Sequence record: SRR2962707_2796
DNA length: 46,160 nt
Direction: 5' to 3' (one strand)
Shown here piece by piece: positions 28,173 to 38,235 of the stretch. Each line of letters starts with the position of its first letter. Position 1 is the stretch's first letter. The notes under the pieces are model-generated. The model worked only from the letters and a program-made list of their open reading frames with translations, was not told where the DNA came from and searched no databases. Both the position numbers and the translations under genes were made by a program.

Positions 28173-31100
28173 ATGTCATCTCCAGAGTTTTCATTACTTA
28201 CCAAACGCCGCTTTGCACCGCTTTTCATCGTCCAGTTTCTTGGTGCCTTTAATGACAACCTTCTGAAGTTCGCGATGCTTTTTCTGGCGAGCTTTGGGAT
28301 CTATGCGGCAGAGCCAGACAAAGCCGTGTTCTTGGCGACAATCGCGACGGGCGTGTTCATCTTACCCTATGTCCTGTTTTCGGCTTTGGCGGGGCAGATC
28401 GCCGATGCCTATGACAAAGCCTACTTGATACGTCTCGTAAAAGGGGCTGAGATTGGGATAATGGCCTTGGCTTTGACTGGCTTTTACTTTCAGTCGGTGC
28501 CGGTTTTGTTGATCGCTCTGTTCTTTATGGGTTTGCAGTCAGCCATGTTCGGGCCTTTGAAATACGCTATTATCCCTCAGCATTTGCGCGACAACGAAGT
28601 GATGGGCGGCACAGGCTTGGTTGAGGCCGGGACATTTATCGCCATCTTGGGCGGCCAAATGTTGGCGGGTGTCATTGATCCTTGGTTGGCCGGCCTGATT
28701 GCCATCGGGTTGGCGGTTCTTGGGTTTATGGCCAGTTTGGCGGTTCCCAAGGCTCCGGCGAGCAAACCGATCCTTAAGGTCGAGCGAAATATCTTTTCCA
28801 GTACGTTGACCATTTTAAAAGCCGCACGTGCGCTGCGCGGCGTTTGGCTGGCGATCCTTGGCATTGGGTGGTTTTTTGCGACAGGGGCCATTCTGTTGTC
28901 TGAACTGACACCCCTTGTGAGCGGCGTTCTGAAAGCGCAGCAAGAAGTTGCAACTTTGTTTCTGATCGTCTTTTCGATCAGTGTCGCCCTTGGGTCTATG
29001 TTGGTTAGCAAACTGCTTTCAGGCAAGGTTTCGGCGCGCTACGTGCCTGTGTCAGCCTTTGCCTTGGCGGCCTTTATGCTCGACCTGTGGTTTGTGACCC
29101 GTGGCCACCCCGGACTTTCTGCAGGCCGTGATATTACAGGGTTCCTAGAGGCTTCAAACAGCTGGCGGATCATCTTTGATCTCTTTGGGATTGGTGTCGC
29201 CGGCGGAATGTTTGTGGTGCCGCTCTATGCGATTGTGCAAACGTTTAGCCCGCCCGAAAAACGCTCTCGGATGATTGCCGCCAACAATATTATGAGCGCG
29301 ATCATTGTTGTAGCGGTCACCGTTGTCTCGATCCTGTTGGTCAAGATGGGCGTGTCTGTACCGGACATCATCGGTGTTCTTGGCGGTGCCACCTTAATCG
29401 TTGCGCTGATTTCCTGCTGGTTGTTGCCCGAGGTGGTGTTCAAATCGATCATTCGTCGGCTGTTGAAACTCTTCTATCGTGTCGAGGTCAAAGGCGCAGA
29501 GAACATGCCCAAGGCCGGGGAGCCCGCCGTCGTTGTCGTCAACCACGTTTCTTTCCTGGACGGCTTGTTGCTGGGGGCATTTTTGCCGGGCAAACCGACC
29601 TTTGCGTTGAGCGCCAGAATGGCCAAGGCTTGGTGGTTGAAGCCTTTTCTTCCACTTTTTGACGCCTTTCCCGTTGACCCAACGAACCCGATGTCGACCA
29701 AATCCATGGTCAATGCCGTGCGCGCAGGCCGTACTTTGGTGATCTTTCCGGAAGGTCGGATTACGGTGACAGGGGCTTTGATGAAGATCTTTGACGGTCC
29801 CGGTCTCGTCGCATCAAAAGCGAATGCGCCGATCATTCCAGTGCGTATTGATGGCGCGCAGTACACACCGTTCTCTCGCCTAAAAGGTAAAGTGCGCCAG
29901 CGCCGCTTTCCAAAAATTACTCTGACGGTTCTGAAACCGCGGCACATTGAAATCGAAGGTGACATGACGGCGCGAGAACGCAGAGCCAAAGCTGGGCAGC
30001 GCTTGTACGACGAGATGAGCCAGATGATGTTTGACACCTCTGACACGGACCGGACGTTGTTCAGCGCCTTGCTTGAGGCCAAACACATCTTCGGAGGAAA
30101 TTCTCCTATTCTTGAGGATGTTAAGCGCGTCCCTCTGAGTTATTCCAAATTGGTCACCGCGTCTCTTGCCCTTGGGCGACCCTTGTCGCGGATTACAGAA
30201 AAAGGGCAGGCGGTTGGCTTACTGATGCCAAACGTGAACGGGCTTGTCGTGACCTTCTATGCGATGCTGGCCCATGGGCGTGTGCCGGCGATGCTCAACT
30301 ACACAGCAGGTCTTGCCAATATCAAGGCCGCTTGTGTTGCGGCGGATGTCCGCACAATTGTCACAGCGCGCGCCTTTATTGAGCTGGCGGAACTCGGCGA
30401 CATCGTCGCGGGATTGGAGGCCGAAGGCATCACAATTGTCTGGTTGGAAGACATTGGCGCAAAGATCGGTTTTGCAGACAAAATTCGCGCCCTGATCGAA
30501 AGTAAATTTGCCGGACGTAACCATCATGCTTTGAAGATTTCAGCCAATGATCCAGCTGTAATTTTGTTTACCAGCGGTTCCGAAGGATTGCCGAAAGGTG
30601 TGGTTTTGACCCACAAGAACCTCTTGTCAAACTGCCGCCAACTTGCCGCACGGATTGACTTTTCTCCAACGGACACGGTTTTGAATGCTTTGCCGATCTT
30701 TCATAGTTTTGGTCTGACGGGCGGCACGTTACTTCCGATCTTATATGGTGTGAAAACAGTTCTTTATCCAAGCCCGCTGCATTACCGCATCGTTCCGGCG
30801 ATGGTCTATGACAGCAATGCAACGATCCTTTTTGGAACGGACACGTTCCTCGCTGGATATGCACGTATGGCGCACAGCTATGATTTCTATTCGCTGCGCT
30901 ATATTTTTGCCGGGGCAGAGCGGGTTAAGGATGAAACTCGCAAAGCCTATTCCGACAAATTCGGCTTACGGATCCTCGAGGGGTACGGCGCGACAGAAGC
31001 CGGACCTGTGATCGCTGTGAACACGCCGATGCATTTCCAGCCCGGATCGGTTGGCCGCTTGTTGCCCGGTATCGAAGCTCGCTTGGAAGCCGTGCCGGGA

Positions 31101-31568
31101 TTGGACGAGGGCGAACAGGTCTTCGTTCGGGGTCCGAACATTATGGCGGGGTATCTTAAGACGGACGCGCCGGGTGTTCTGCAACCACCAGAGGACGGTT
31201 GGCACGATACTGGGGACATCGTCACAATTGATGCAGAGGGCTTTGTCACCATTCGTGGGCGGGCGAAACGATTTACTAAAATCGCCGGTGAAATGGTCTC
31301 GCTCCCTGCTGTCGAAGGCTATGCCGCAAAGGTTTGGCCGGACGCTGAAAGCGCGGTTGTCACCCGGCCAGATGCCCGTAAAGGCGAACAATTGGTGTTG
31401 TTCACGACGAACAAGGACGCAAAACTGAGCGAGCTGCGGGCTTGGGGTAAGGAAAATGGGATCGCCGAGATCGCAATTCCGCGCGACATTCGAGTGCTGG
31501 ACAGTCTGCCGTTACTCGGAACAGGAAAGCTGGACTACGCAACGTTAAACACCATGGCCGCTCAGTAA
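28173..31568 (+). CDS. aas: Fused MFS (LplT-like) / 2-acylglycerophosphoethanolamine acyltransferase / acyl-ACP synthetase
   Basis: N-terminal QFLGAFNDN MFS domain; NHVSFLD and FPEGR acyltransferase motifs; FTSGSEGLPKG, EGYGATE, DTGD and GTGK AMP-binding motifs. Confidence 0.92.
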   Translation: MSSPEFSLLTKRRFAPLFIVQFLGAFNDNLLKFAMLFLASFGIYAAEPDKAVFLATIATGVFILPYVLFSALAGQIADAYDKAYLIRLVKGAEIGIMALALTGFYFQSVPVLLIALFFMGLQSAMFGPLKYAIIPQHLRDNEVMGGTGLVEAGTFIAILGGQMLAGVIDPWLAGLIAIGLAVLGFMASLAVPKAPASKPILKVERNIFSSTLTILKAARALRGVWLAILGIGWFFATGAILLSELTPLVSGVLKAQQEVATLFLIVFSISVALGSMLVSKLLSGKVSARYVPVSAFALAAFMLDLWFVTRGHPGLSAGRDITGFLEASNSWRIIFDLFGIGVAGGMFVVPLYAIVQTFSPPEKRSRMIAANNIMSAIIVVAVTVVSILLVKMGVSVPDIIGVLGGATLIVALISCWLLPEVVFKSIIRRLLKLFYRVEVKGAENMPKAGEPAVVVVNHVSFLDGLLLGAFLPGKPTFALSARMAKAWWLKPFLPLFDAFPVDPTNPMSTKSMVNAVRAGRTLVIFPEGRITVTGALMKIFDGPGLVASKANAPIIPVRIDGAQYTPFSRLKGKVRQRRFPKITLTVLKPRHIEIEGDMTARERRAKAGQRLYDEMSQMMFDTSDTDRTLFSALLEAKHIFGGNSPILEDVKRVPLSYSKLVTASLALGRPLSRITEKGQAVGLLMPNVNGLVVTFYAMLAHGRVPAMLNYTAGLANIKAACVAADVRTIVTARAFIELAELGDIVAGLEAEGITIVWLEDIGAKIGFADKIRALIESKFAGRNHHALKISANDPAVILFTSGSEGLPKGVVLTHKNLLSNCRQLAARIDFSPTDTVLNALPIFHSFGLTGGTLLPILYGVKTVLYPSPLHYRIVPAMVYDSNATILFGTDTFLAGYARMAHSYDFYSLRYIFAGAERVKDETRKAYSDKFGLRILEGYGATEAGPVIAVNTPMHFQPGSVGRLLPGIEARLEAVPGLDEGEQVFVRGPNIMAGYLKTDAPGVLQPPEDGWHDTGDIVTIDAEGFVTIRGRAKRFTKIAGEMVSLPAVEGYAAKVWPDAESAVVTRPDARKGEQLVLFTTNKDAKLSELRAWGKENGIAEIAIPRDIRVLDSLPLLGTGKLDYATLNTMAAQ

Positions 31569-31586
31569 TGCGGTGACAGACAATTT

Positions 31587-31617
31587 GCATTGGGCCTGCG
31601 CGGATCAGGCCCAATGC
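31587..31617. terminator. Hairpin between the convergent aas and SorC regulator genes
   Basis: 12-bp perfect stem GCATTGGGCCTG-N7-CAGGCCCAATGC. Confidence 0.65.
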
Positions 31618-31720
31618 CCAGGGCACAATAAGCTGAGTTGATCGAGCCAGAGCCAGAGCTGAAATTCAGGAACTTGCGTTGTCTATGGTGGGGTGAAACA
31701 GCAGGTCACTTCGGGATGGG

Positions 31721-32689
31721 TTATGACAAAACCGGGTCCGGATCGGTCAAGCGTTTTGCCGTAAATTTGTCGGTAATCAACAGGTCAATCACGCCCGTCC
31801 GCAACGCACCGCGAATGGCTTCGGTTTTGGATTGTCCCCCGGCCAAGGCAATCACCCGGTCAACGTTGGACAATTCTTCCAAGGTCACCCCGATCACACG
31901 CTCGTCCAACGGAGTCTTAATGAATTGGCCTTCGGCATCAAAGAACCGCAGACTAATGTCGCCGACGCCACCAGCTTGTTCGATTTCGGCATGTTCGCGC
32001 GATGAGAATACGTTACCGCTTCGCGCCAGTAGGCTGGACGGCTCAATCGAACCGATCCCAACAATTGCCAGAGATATCTTGCCGAACAGACCCATGGTTT
32101 CGCGGACGTAGGAATCGCCTGCCAGAACCAACTTTGCCTCACGCGACTGCGCGACACCGGGTGTGCTAAGCAACAGAGCTTCAGCTCCAGTAAGTTTGGC
32201 CAAGCGTGTTGTTAACTGAGTGGCATGGGTTTGAACGGCAGGGTCCCCCATACCGCCAAGGGTTTGGACAACATATTTCGCGCCGCCGGACTTCATCGGA
32301 TGGATGTTGTCGACCATGCGCAGAATGGTTTCCGACCAACTCGACACGCCAATGATCTCTTCTTTTTGCAAAGTGGCTTCAAGAAAGTGAGCGGCCGCCT
32401 CGCCAATGCGGGACATGATCGCCCCATCACGATCTTCTGAGCATTCGACAACAATGGCCTCTGACAGGCCATAACGGGTTCGCAACCCTTCTTCCAACTC
32501 AGAAAAAGTGCCCGATGGGGAAACGACTGTGGTTCGCACAATCTCTTCCTCATGGGCTTTCTTCAGCATCCTAGAGACAGTGGCCTGTGAAATCCTAAGA
32601 TGCCGTGCGATGTCAGCCTGTCGTTGCCCTTCAACATGATACATCTGAGCCACGCGGGCGATCATGCGAAGTTCATTCAATCGGGACAT
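31721..32689 (-). CDS. SorC/DeoR(Bacillus)-family sugar-binding transcriptional regulator
   Basis: VAQMYH....Q..IA..L.ISQATVSR.L HTH; GVSSW, VGIG, GDI..RFFD..G, AGG..K..AI.GAL, LITD. Confidence 0.92.
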   Translation of the reverse strand: MSRLNELRMIARVAQMYHVEGQRQADIARHLRISQATVSRMLKKAHEEEIVRTTVVSPSGTFSELEEGLRTRYGLSEAIVVECSEDRDGAIMSRIGEAAAHFLEATLQKEEIIGVSSWSETILRMVDNIHPMKSGGAKYVVQTLGGMGDPAVQTHATQLTTRLAKLTGAEALLLSTPGVAQSREAKLVLAGDSYVRETMGLFGKISLAIVGIGSIEPSSLLARSGNVFSSREHAEIEQAGGVGDISLRFFDAEGQFIKTPLDERVIGVTLEELSNVDRVIALAGGQSKTEAIRGALRTGVIDLLITDKFTAKRLTDPDPVLS

Positions 32690-32712
32690 TGGCGGCCTTT
32701 ATCTTAGGATTT

Positions 32713-32728
32713 GTGAATATTTATTCAC
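32713..32728 (-). promoter_or_regulatory. SorC-regulator operator (minus strand GTGAATAAATATTCAC) upstream of the regulator gene
   Basis: Near-perfect palindrome; the same motif occurs at 35983 and 36133. Confidence 0.7.
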
Positions 32729-34191
32729 TACACTACGCTCAATGTTCCTTCAATCGCTTTTTTCCATTGAACCAGATCGCTGTTGCGCCGATTGGCGTCG
32801 CTCACAGGAGGGATGCTTGTGTCATGATTGGCCAATTGGGCCAACGCGTCTTGGTCGGGCCAAAAACCAGTGGCCAAACCGGCAAGATGCGCCGCACCAA
32901 TTGCTGAGGCTTCTGAGTTTTTGCACGGCGTGACCGTATGATCCAAGGCGTTGGCGACACCCTGCATCAAGAACTGATTATGGCTCGGACCACCATCGAC
33001 AAACAGACGCCCAATGCCCTTAGCGGCTTTGCTCATGATCGTGAAAATATCATTGACCTGAAACGCCATACTGTCTGCGGCGGCCCGCGCGATGTGGGCC
33101 GGGCCGGATCCAAAGGACAATCCGCAAATTAACCCGCGGGCTTCTGCATTCCAATGGGGTGCACCAAGGCCCACATGGGCGGGTACAAGGGATACACCTT
33201 CACTCGAGTCGACCGTTTGTGCGAGGTCTAGCAGGTCGTCCACACTATCGAGGCCAAGCAGGTTGGCCGTCCATGGAAGAATGGACGCGCTGACCAGAAT
33301 GTTGCCCTCAAAGGCATAAGTGGATTTACCATTGATCGACCAAGCAATGGTTGTTGTGATTCCCTTAGCGGGCACAATGAACTCCGGAATCGTGGTCATC
33401 ACCGAAGATCCGGTGCCAAAAGTGATTTTGCCGTCGCCGGGCCCAAATGCGCCATGGCCAAACAGCGCAGCATGGGAATCCCCAATGGCCGAGGCAATGG
33501 CCACGCCGTCAGGTAAAACATCCGTGTCCTTGGTCGTGCCGAATACAAAGGCAGAATCGCAGACTTTGGGCAGCATGGCGGGGTCAATTCCGAACAGCGC
33601 ACAAAGCGTGGTGTCCCAAGTCCCATCAGCCAGGTTGAAAAGCTGCGTGCGCGCGGCATTCGACCGGTCCGTTGCATGAACAGTGCCGCCGGAAAACTTC
33701 CAGATCAGCCAACTGTCGACGGTTCCAATGCAAATATCCGAGGAGTCCTGCCCGTGGTTTTGCAAAAGCCATGCGGCCTTGGTGGGCGGGAAAAGCGGGT
33801 CCAATGGTAAACCTGTTCGCGCGATGACATCTGTTTCATGTCCCGCTGCGCGCAAGGCTTCGCAGGCGCTCGATGTTCTACGACATTGCCATGTGATCAC
33901 CGGTCCCAAAGGGGCACCGGTATTGCGATCCCAGATCAGAATCGATTCACGTTGGTTTGAAATCCCCAAGGCCGTGATTTCAGCGTCGGGGGCTTTTTCC
34001 AGACAGGCCGCAATCGCGGCTTGGGTGGCGCGCCAAATCTCGTTGGCGTCTTGCTGCACCCAACCGGACTGTGGATGCAGCGTCGGGACGGGGGATGCGC
34101 CGCTTGCGATGATGTCACCGGTTTCGGTGACCAAGACGGCCTTTGAATTGGTCGTCCCTTCATCAATTGCCAGAATGGCCCGTCGTCCCAT
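32728..34191 (-). CDS. FGGY carbohydrate kinase, glycerol-kinase-like (resembles apulose kinase)
   Basis: AIDEGTTNSK, GISNQRES, TWQCRRT, GTVDSWL, GDSHAALFG, TFGTGS, GLGAPHW, VDGG; WQC and DSH replace the WQD and DQQ of many GlpK proteins. Confidence 0.85.
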   Translation of the reverse strand: MGRRAILAIDEGTTNSKAVLVTETGDIIASGASPVPTLHPQSGWVQQDANEIWRATQAAIAACLEKAPDAEITALGISNQRESILIWDRNTGAPLGPVITWQCRRTSSACEALRAAGHETDVIARTGLPLDPLFPPTKAAWLLQNHGQDSSDICIGTVDSWLIWKFSGGTVHATDRSNAARTQLFNLADGTWDTTLCALFGIDPAMLPKVCDSAFVFGTTKDTDVLPDGVAIASAIGDSHAALFGHGAFGPGDGKITFGTGSSVMTTIPEFIVPAKGITTTIAWSINGKSTYAFEGNILVSASILPWTANLLGLDSVDDLLDLAQTVDSSEGVSLVPAHVGLGAPHWNAEARGLICGLSFGSGPAHIARAAADSMAFQVNDIFTIMSKAAKGIGRLFVDGGPSHNQFLMQGVANALDHTVTPCKNSEASAIGAAHLAGLATGFWPDQDALAQLANHDTSIPPVSDANRRNSDLVQWKKAIEGTLSVV

Positions 34192-34194
34192 TAT

Positions 34195-35154
34195 TTACCC
34201 TTTCCGCTTCAGCAGTGCTTCTGCACTATCCGCAATCGCACTGGGGGCCATGCCGAAATCGTCCAGCAGCGTGTTGGCGGACGCCGTGTGCGCAAAGACA
34301 CCCGGTACACCCAAACGCTTCATTGGAACAGAGTAACTGTCGACCACAACTTCGGCCACAGCGCTGCCAAGACCGCCAAAGGTTGTGTGTTCTTCACACG
34401 TCAAAATCGCCCCCGTTTCCTGAGCAGCCTTCAAAATCGCGTCGTCATCCGTTGGCCGAACCGTCGCCATGTTAAGCACACGGGCAGAAACACCGCGTTC
34501 TTTCAGGAGAGCGGCGGCAATCATAGCGCGGTGAGTTAGCACGCCATTTGCAATGATAGTCAGATCGTTCCCATCCTGAAGCAGGTTGGCTTTGCCCAGT
34601 TCAAAGACGTGGTCGTCTGAAAACAGATCCGGCACACCAACCCGGCTGAGACGCAGGAAGCATCCGCCGACATGTTCTGCTGCCCATTTTATGGCAGCCG
34701 CTGTTTCATGCCGATCCGCAGGTGCGATGACTGGCACGTTTGGCAACGCGCGAATCCACGCGAAATCTTCGATGGAGTGGTGTGTCGGTCCCAGTTCGCC
34801 ATAGGCCATGCCGGAACTGATCCCAACCAGTTTGACGTTGGTTTCAGAATACGCAACGTCGGCCTTGATCTGTTCCAGAGCCCGACCTGTCAAAAAGGGG
34901 GAGGCCGCACAGACAAAGGGAATCTTCCCGCCATTGGCCAAACCGGCGCCAACACCGACCATATTCTGTTCAGCAATACCGACATTGATGAGGCGTTCAG
35001 GAAAAGTATCCCGAAAGCCACCCAATTTGGACGATCCGACAGAGTCGTTACATACGGCAACAATGTCTGTGTTTTCGGTCGCCAAGGCCTCTAGCGTGGC
35101 GACAAAGCTGTCGCGACAATCAAAAAGCTTGGCCGTTTCAAAGGGCATGTTCAT
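34195..35154 (-). CDS. Transketolase, C-terminal (pyrimidine-binding) subunit
   Basis: NVGIAEQNMVG, RALEQIK, GPTHHSIED, EEH...GGLGSAVAE. Confidence 0.93.
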   Translation of the reverse strand: MNMPFETAKLFDCRDSFVATLEALATENTDIVAVCNDSVGSSKLGGFRDTFPERLINVGIAEQNMVGVGAGLANGGKIPFVCAASPFLTGRALEQIKADVAYSETNVKLVGISSGMAYGELGPTHHSIEDFAWIRALPNVPVIAPADRHETAAAIKWAAEHVGGCFLRLSRVGVPDLFSDDHVFELGKANLLQDGNDLTIIANGVLTHRAMIAAALLKERGVSARVLNMATVRPTDDDAILKAAQETGAILTCEEHTTFGGLGSAVAEVVVDSYSVPMKRLGVPGVFAHTASANTLLDDFGMAPSAIADSAEALLKRKG

Positions 35155-35972
35155 TTGCCGGCCTCCTCAAGCTCGGCCATCGCCTGCTTGTATTGTTCTT
35201 CGTTCGGGACTTTGTGGTGCCAAGCCACGTTGTCAGACATGAATGAGATACCTTGTCCCTTGTTCGTATGGGCAACGATACATTTGGGTCGACCTGGCGT
35301 TACCGTTTCTGGTGACAGTGCTTCACAGATCTGCCCCATGTCATGTCCGTCGATTTCCTCGACCGCCCAGCCAAACGACGCAAGCTTGGGGGCGAGTGGT
35401 GCCATGTTATTGGTGTCAGCCAGCCGTGCCCCTTGTTGAAGGCGGTTGTGGTCGATGATCAGGGTCAGGTTGTCCAGTTTGAACTGAGCGGCGGCCATGA
35501 TGGCTTCCCAATTGGAGCCTTCTTGCATCTCACCGTCGCCGGTGATCACAAAAGTACGCCAGTTGGCACCATCCAATTTTGCCGCTGACGCCATGCCGAC
35601 GCCGACAGGCAGTCCATGACCCAAGGGACCTGTGTTTGTTTCAACTCCCGGTACTTTGACCCGATTCGGGTGCCCGTTAAGATTGGAACGGTGTTTCAGA
35701 AAGGTTGAAACGTCTTCTTGTGGGATGAATCCCTTTTCCGCCAGCACAACATAAAGCGCCAGGGCCGTGTGTCCCTTGCTCAGCACTAAACGGTCTCGTT
35801 GAGGATCAAGAGGCGCGTCTGGGTTTACAGACATAGTATTGAAATACAGTGCGGTTAAAATGTCTGTTACGGACATCTCCCCACCGATATGACCGGCACC
35901 AGCCTCGTAAACTGCCCGGAGGTCGCGCATTCTGATTTTGTTGGCCAGTGCGCGGAGAGCTGTCTCTTCCAT
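35151..35972 (-). CDS. Transketolase, N-terminal (ThDP-binding) subunit
   Basis: GHIGG, DRLVLSKGH, GHP, TGPLGHG, ThDP motif GDGE.QEG.NWEA...N, WHH. Confidence 0.93.
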   Translation of the reverse strand: MEETALRALANKIRMRDLRAVYEAGAGHIGGEMSVTDILTALYFNTMSVNPDAPLDPQRDRLVLSKGHTALALYVVLAEKGFIPQEDVSTFLKHRSNLNGHPNRVKVPGVETNTGPLGHGLPVGVGMASAAKLDGANWRTFVITGDGEMQEGSNWEAIMAAAQFKLDNLTLIIDHNRLQQGARLADTNNMAPLAPKLASFGWAVEEIDGHDMGQICEALSPETVTPGRPKCIVAHTNKGQGISFMSDNVAWHHKVPNEEQYKQAMAELEEAGK

Positions 35973-35982
35973 TGCTTACCTC

Positions 35983-36148
35983 TGAATAAATATTCTGCCA
36001 ATAGTAAACATGCGCAATGCGGCGATGTCAAGCGACGTAATCGGCTAGAATTATGCTGCGTTGCGGCAATTTTCTAAAAATAATCGCTTCTTGACAAGGG
36101 GGTTGGCGTTCGATAGGTATTTTCCATCATGCGTGAATAAATATGCGC
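35983..36148. promoter_or_regulatory. Divergent promoter pair, each followed by a TGAATAAATAT operator
   Basis: Operators at 35983-35995 and 36133-36148; TTGACA at 36091-36096 (+) and at 36026-36031 (-), the latter with TACTAT at 36001-36006. Confidence 0.7.
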
Positions 36149-36161
36149 TAAAGGAGTGACC

Positions 36162-37142
36162 ATGACGACATCGCCCAGCTTACCACAAGGAAAGTCGCGT
36201 CTTTCCGCTCTATTCTCGTTGGGAGGTGCGACCGGGCCGCTTATCGGCCTTTTGTTGCTCTGTTTGTTTTTGTCCATCGCTACGGATTCGTTCCTGTCGG
36301 TGCGCAACTTTCTGAACATTATGGATCAGATCACGGTTTTGGGGATTTTGGCCGTTGGGATGACCTTTGTTATCCTGATCGGAGGTATCGACCTCTCTGT
36401 TGGATCAGTCCTTGCGCTTTCGATGATGGTTTTGGGCTACCTGAGCGTAGAGATGGGCATGCCGATGAGCATCGCTATCAGTGGAGCGCTCATCGCCTCA
36501 GCAATAACCGGGATAATAGCGGGCCTGATAATCACGGCCTTTAGTGTGCCTGCGTTCATCGCCACGCTGGCCATGATGTCGATCGCTCGTGGTGTCGCCA
36601 ATATGATCACGGACGGGTCTCAGATCATCGGATTTCCGGCTTGGTTCAACATGGGCGCAATTATCCGATATGGTGGCTTTCTGACGATGACAGTCGCCGT
36701 AATGCTGGCCGTGTTTATCGTGGCTTTTGTTTATCAGCGATATCGCGAAGGTGGACGCAAGCTTTATGCGGTTGGTGGAAACCCAGAAGTGGCGCGTTTG
36801 GCGGGTATCAATGTCAACCGAGTTACCGTTCTTGTTTACATGACATCGGCAACGCTTGCAGGCCTTGGTGGGGTTCTTCTTGCCGCCCGTCTGGATGCTG
36901 TACAGCCCTCAATTGGTGTTTCTTATGAGCTTGACGCAATTGCGGCGGTGGTCATCGGCGGGACCAGCCTGTCTGGAGGGACTGGCGGTATCGGGGGAAC
37001 ATTGATCGGTGTGTTGATCATCGGTGTATTGCGCAACGGTTTGAATTTGCTGTCCGTGTCACCCTTCAGTCAGGCCGTGATTATTGGCCTGGTGATCGTA
37101 CTCGCGGTGGCCGCTGAAACTTTCAAGAAGCCGACAAAGTGA
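36162..37142 (+). CDS. Sugar ABC transporter permease (RbsC-like)
   Basis: AAGGAG RBS before ATG 36162; GMTFVILIGGIDLSVGS, VPAFIATL, YAVGGNPEVARLAGI, YELDAIAAVVIGG.SL.GG. Confidence 0.94.
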   Translation: MTTSPSLPQGKSRLSALFSLGGATGPLIGLLLLCLFLSIATDSFLSVRNFLNIMDQITVLGILAVGMTFVILIGGIDLSVGSVLALSMMVLGYLSVEMGMPMSIAISGALIASAITGIIAGLIITAFSVPAFIATLAMMSIARGVANMITDGSQIIGFPAWFNMGAIIRYGGFLTMTVAVMLAVFIVAFVYQRYREGGRKLYAVGGNPEVARLAGINVNRVTVLVYMTSATLAGLGGVLLAARLDAVQPSIGVSYELDAIAAVVIGGTSLSGGTGGIGGTLIGVLIIGVLRNGLNLLSVSPFSQAVIIGLVIVLAVAAETFKKPTK

Positions 37143-37147
37143 TTTCG

Positions 37148-37176
37148 ATGAGTGCCGACACTGTGTCGGTGCTCAT
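37148..37176 (+). other. Intergenic 13-bp stem-loop between the permease and binding-protein genes
   Basis: ATGAGTGCCGACA-CTG-TGTCGGTGCTCAT. Confidence 0.55.
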
Positions 37177-37253
37177 TTCAGATAGTCCGGGAAATCGGGC
37201 TTAATTCGGTCCCTAAACAATGATGGACCAACACAACCTAGGAGGAGACATCC

Positions 37254-38189
37254 ATGAAACGCACTATTAAGGCTCTGCTGGCCGCGACAGCGCTCACAGC
37301 CGTGACAGGTGCCGCCGTCGCAGAAGGAGTCACCAAGATTGGACTTGCTGTGCCGAACCTGCAAGCTGACTTTTTCAACCAGATCAAACTGGGTGTTGAA
37401 GGTTACGCGGCCAAGCTTGGCATCGAAGTCATCACAGTGGACGCCAAGAATGACACGGCTACTCAGGTAAGCCAGGTGCAGGATTTGATCACCCAAGGTA
37501 TTGATGCGTTCATCTATATTCCTGCCGGTGCGGCCGCCGCGACGGTTCCAACACGCTTAGCCCGTGCTGAAGGCATCCCTGTCATCAACGTCGACCGTAC
37601 ACCCGATGGTGAGCCAGGGGATACTTTCATCGCCGGTGAAAGCATCGAGTCCGCCTACGAAGTGTGTAACCACATCATCGGTCTTGCCGGTGGCGAAGGT
37701 AAAATGGCCATCATCCACGGCCAGAAGGGTACAACACCCGAAGTGCTACGCTACCAAGGCTGCAAACGCGCCATCGATGAAAACCCAGGTGTTGAGCTTG
37801 TAACTCAGCAGTGGAGCCAGATGTGGTCGCCAGACGAAGGCTTCTCAATCGCTCAGAACATGTTGCAGGCCCACCCAGACATCAAACTGATCTTTGGTCA
37901 GGCTGATGGTCTTGCGATGGGTGCAGCGAAAGCTGTTGATGTTGCGGGCATGTCCGATCAGGTCATCATCGGCGGCTACGACGGCGACGTTGCAGCACTG
38001 GAATATCTGGCGAAATGTGAAGGTCCGTTTGTGGTTACAGCCACACAAAGCACCCAAGCCATGGGTGTTCTTGCGGTGAATTCTGCAATTGCGGCGTCTT
38101 ACGGTGCCTCTATTCCTGCACGCCAGATCCCAAATGCTGTTCTTACAACATGTGACGATGCGCCTGCATTCGTAGAACATCACCCATAA
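37254..38189 (+). CDS. Sugar ABC transporter substrate-binding protein (RbsB-like)
   Basis: AGGAGGAG RBS; Sec signal peptide; FF, IPVINVDR, D..A.GA, GYDG. Confidence 0.93.
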   Translation: MKRTIKALLAATALTAVTGAAVAEGVTKIGLAVPNLQADFFNQIKLGVEGYAAKLGIEVITVDAKNDTATQVSQVQDLITQGIDAFIYIPAGAAAATVPTRLARAEGIPVINVDRTPDGEPGDTFIAGESIESAYEVCNHIIGLAGGEGKMAIIHGQKGTTPEVLRYQGCKRAIDENPGVELVTQQWSQMWSPDEGFSIAQNMLQAHPDIKLIFGQADGLAMGAAKAVDVAGMSDQVIIGGYDGDVAALEYLAKCEGPFVVTATQSTQAMGVLAVNSAIAASYGASIPARQIPNAVLTTCDDAPAFVEHHP

Positions 38190-38235
38190 GACCTAGGGTC
38201 TGACAGGCATCGCGACATTCATAAAGGCAGTACTG

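Noticed and set aside
32728-34191. Calling the kinase glpK
   Set aside because: No glpD, glpF or glpR context; it is coupled to a split transketolase and has altered motifs
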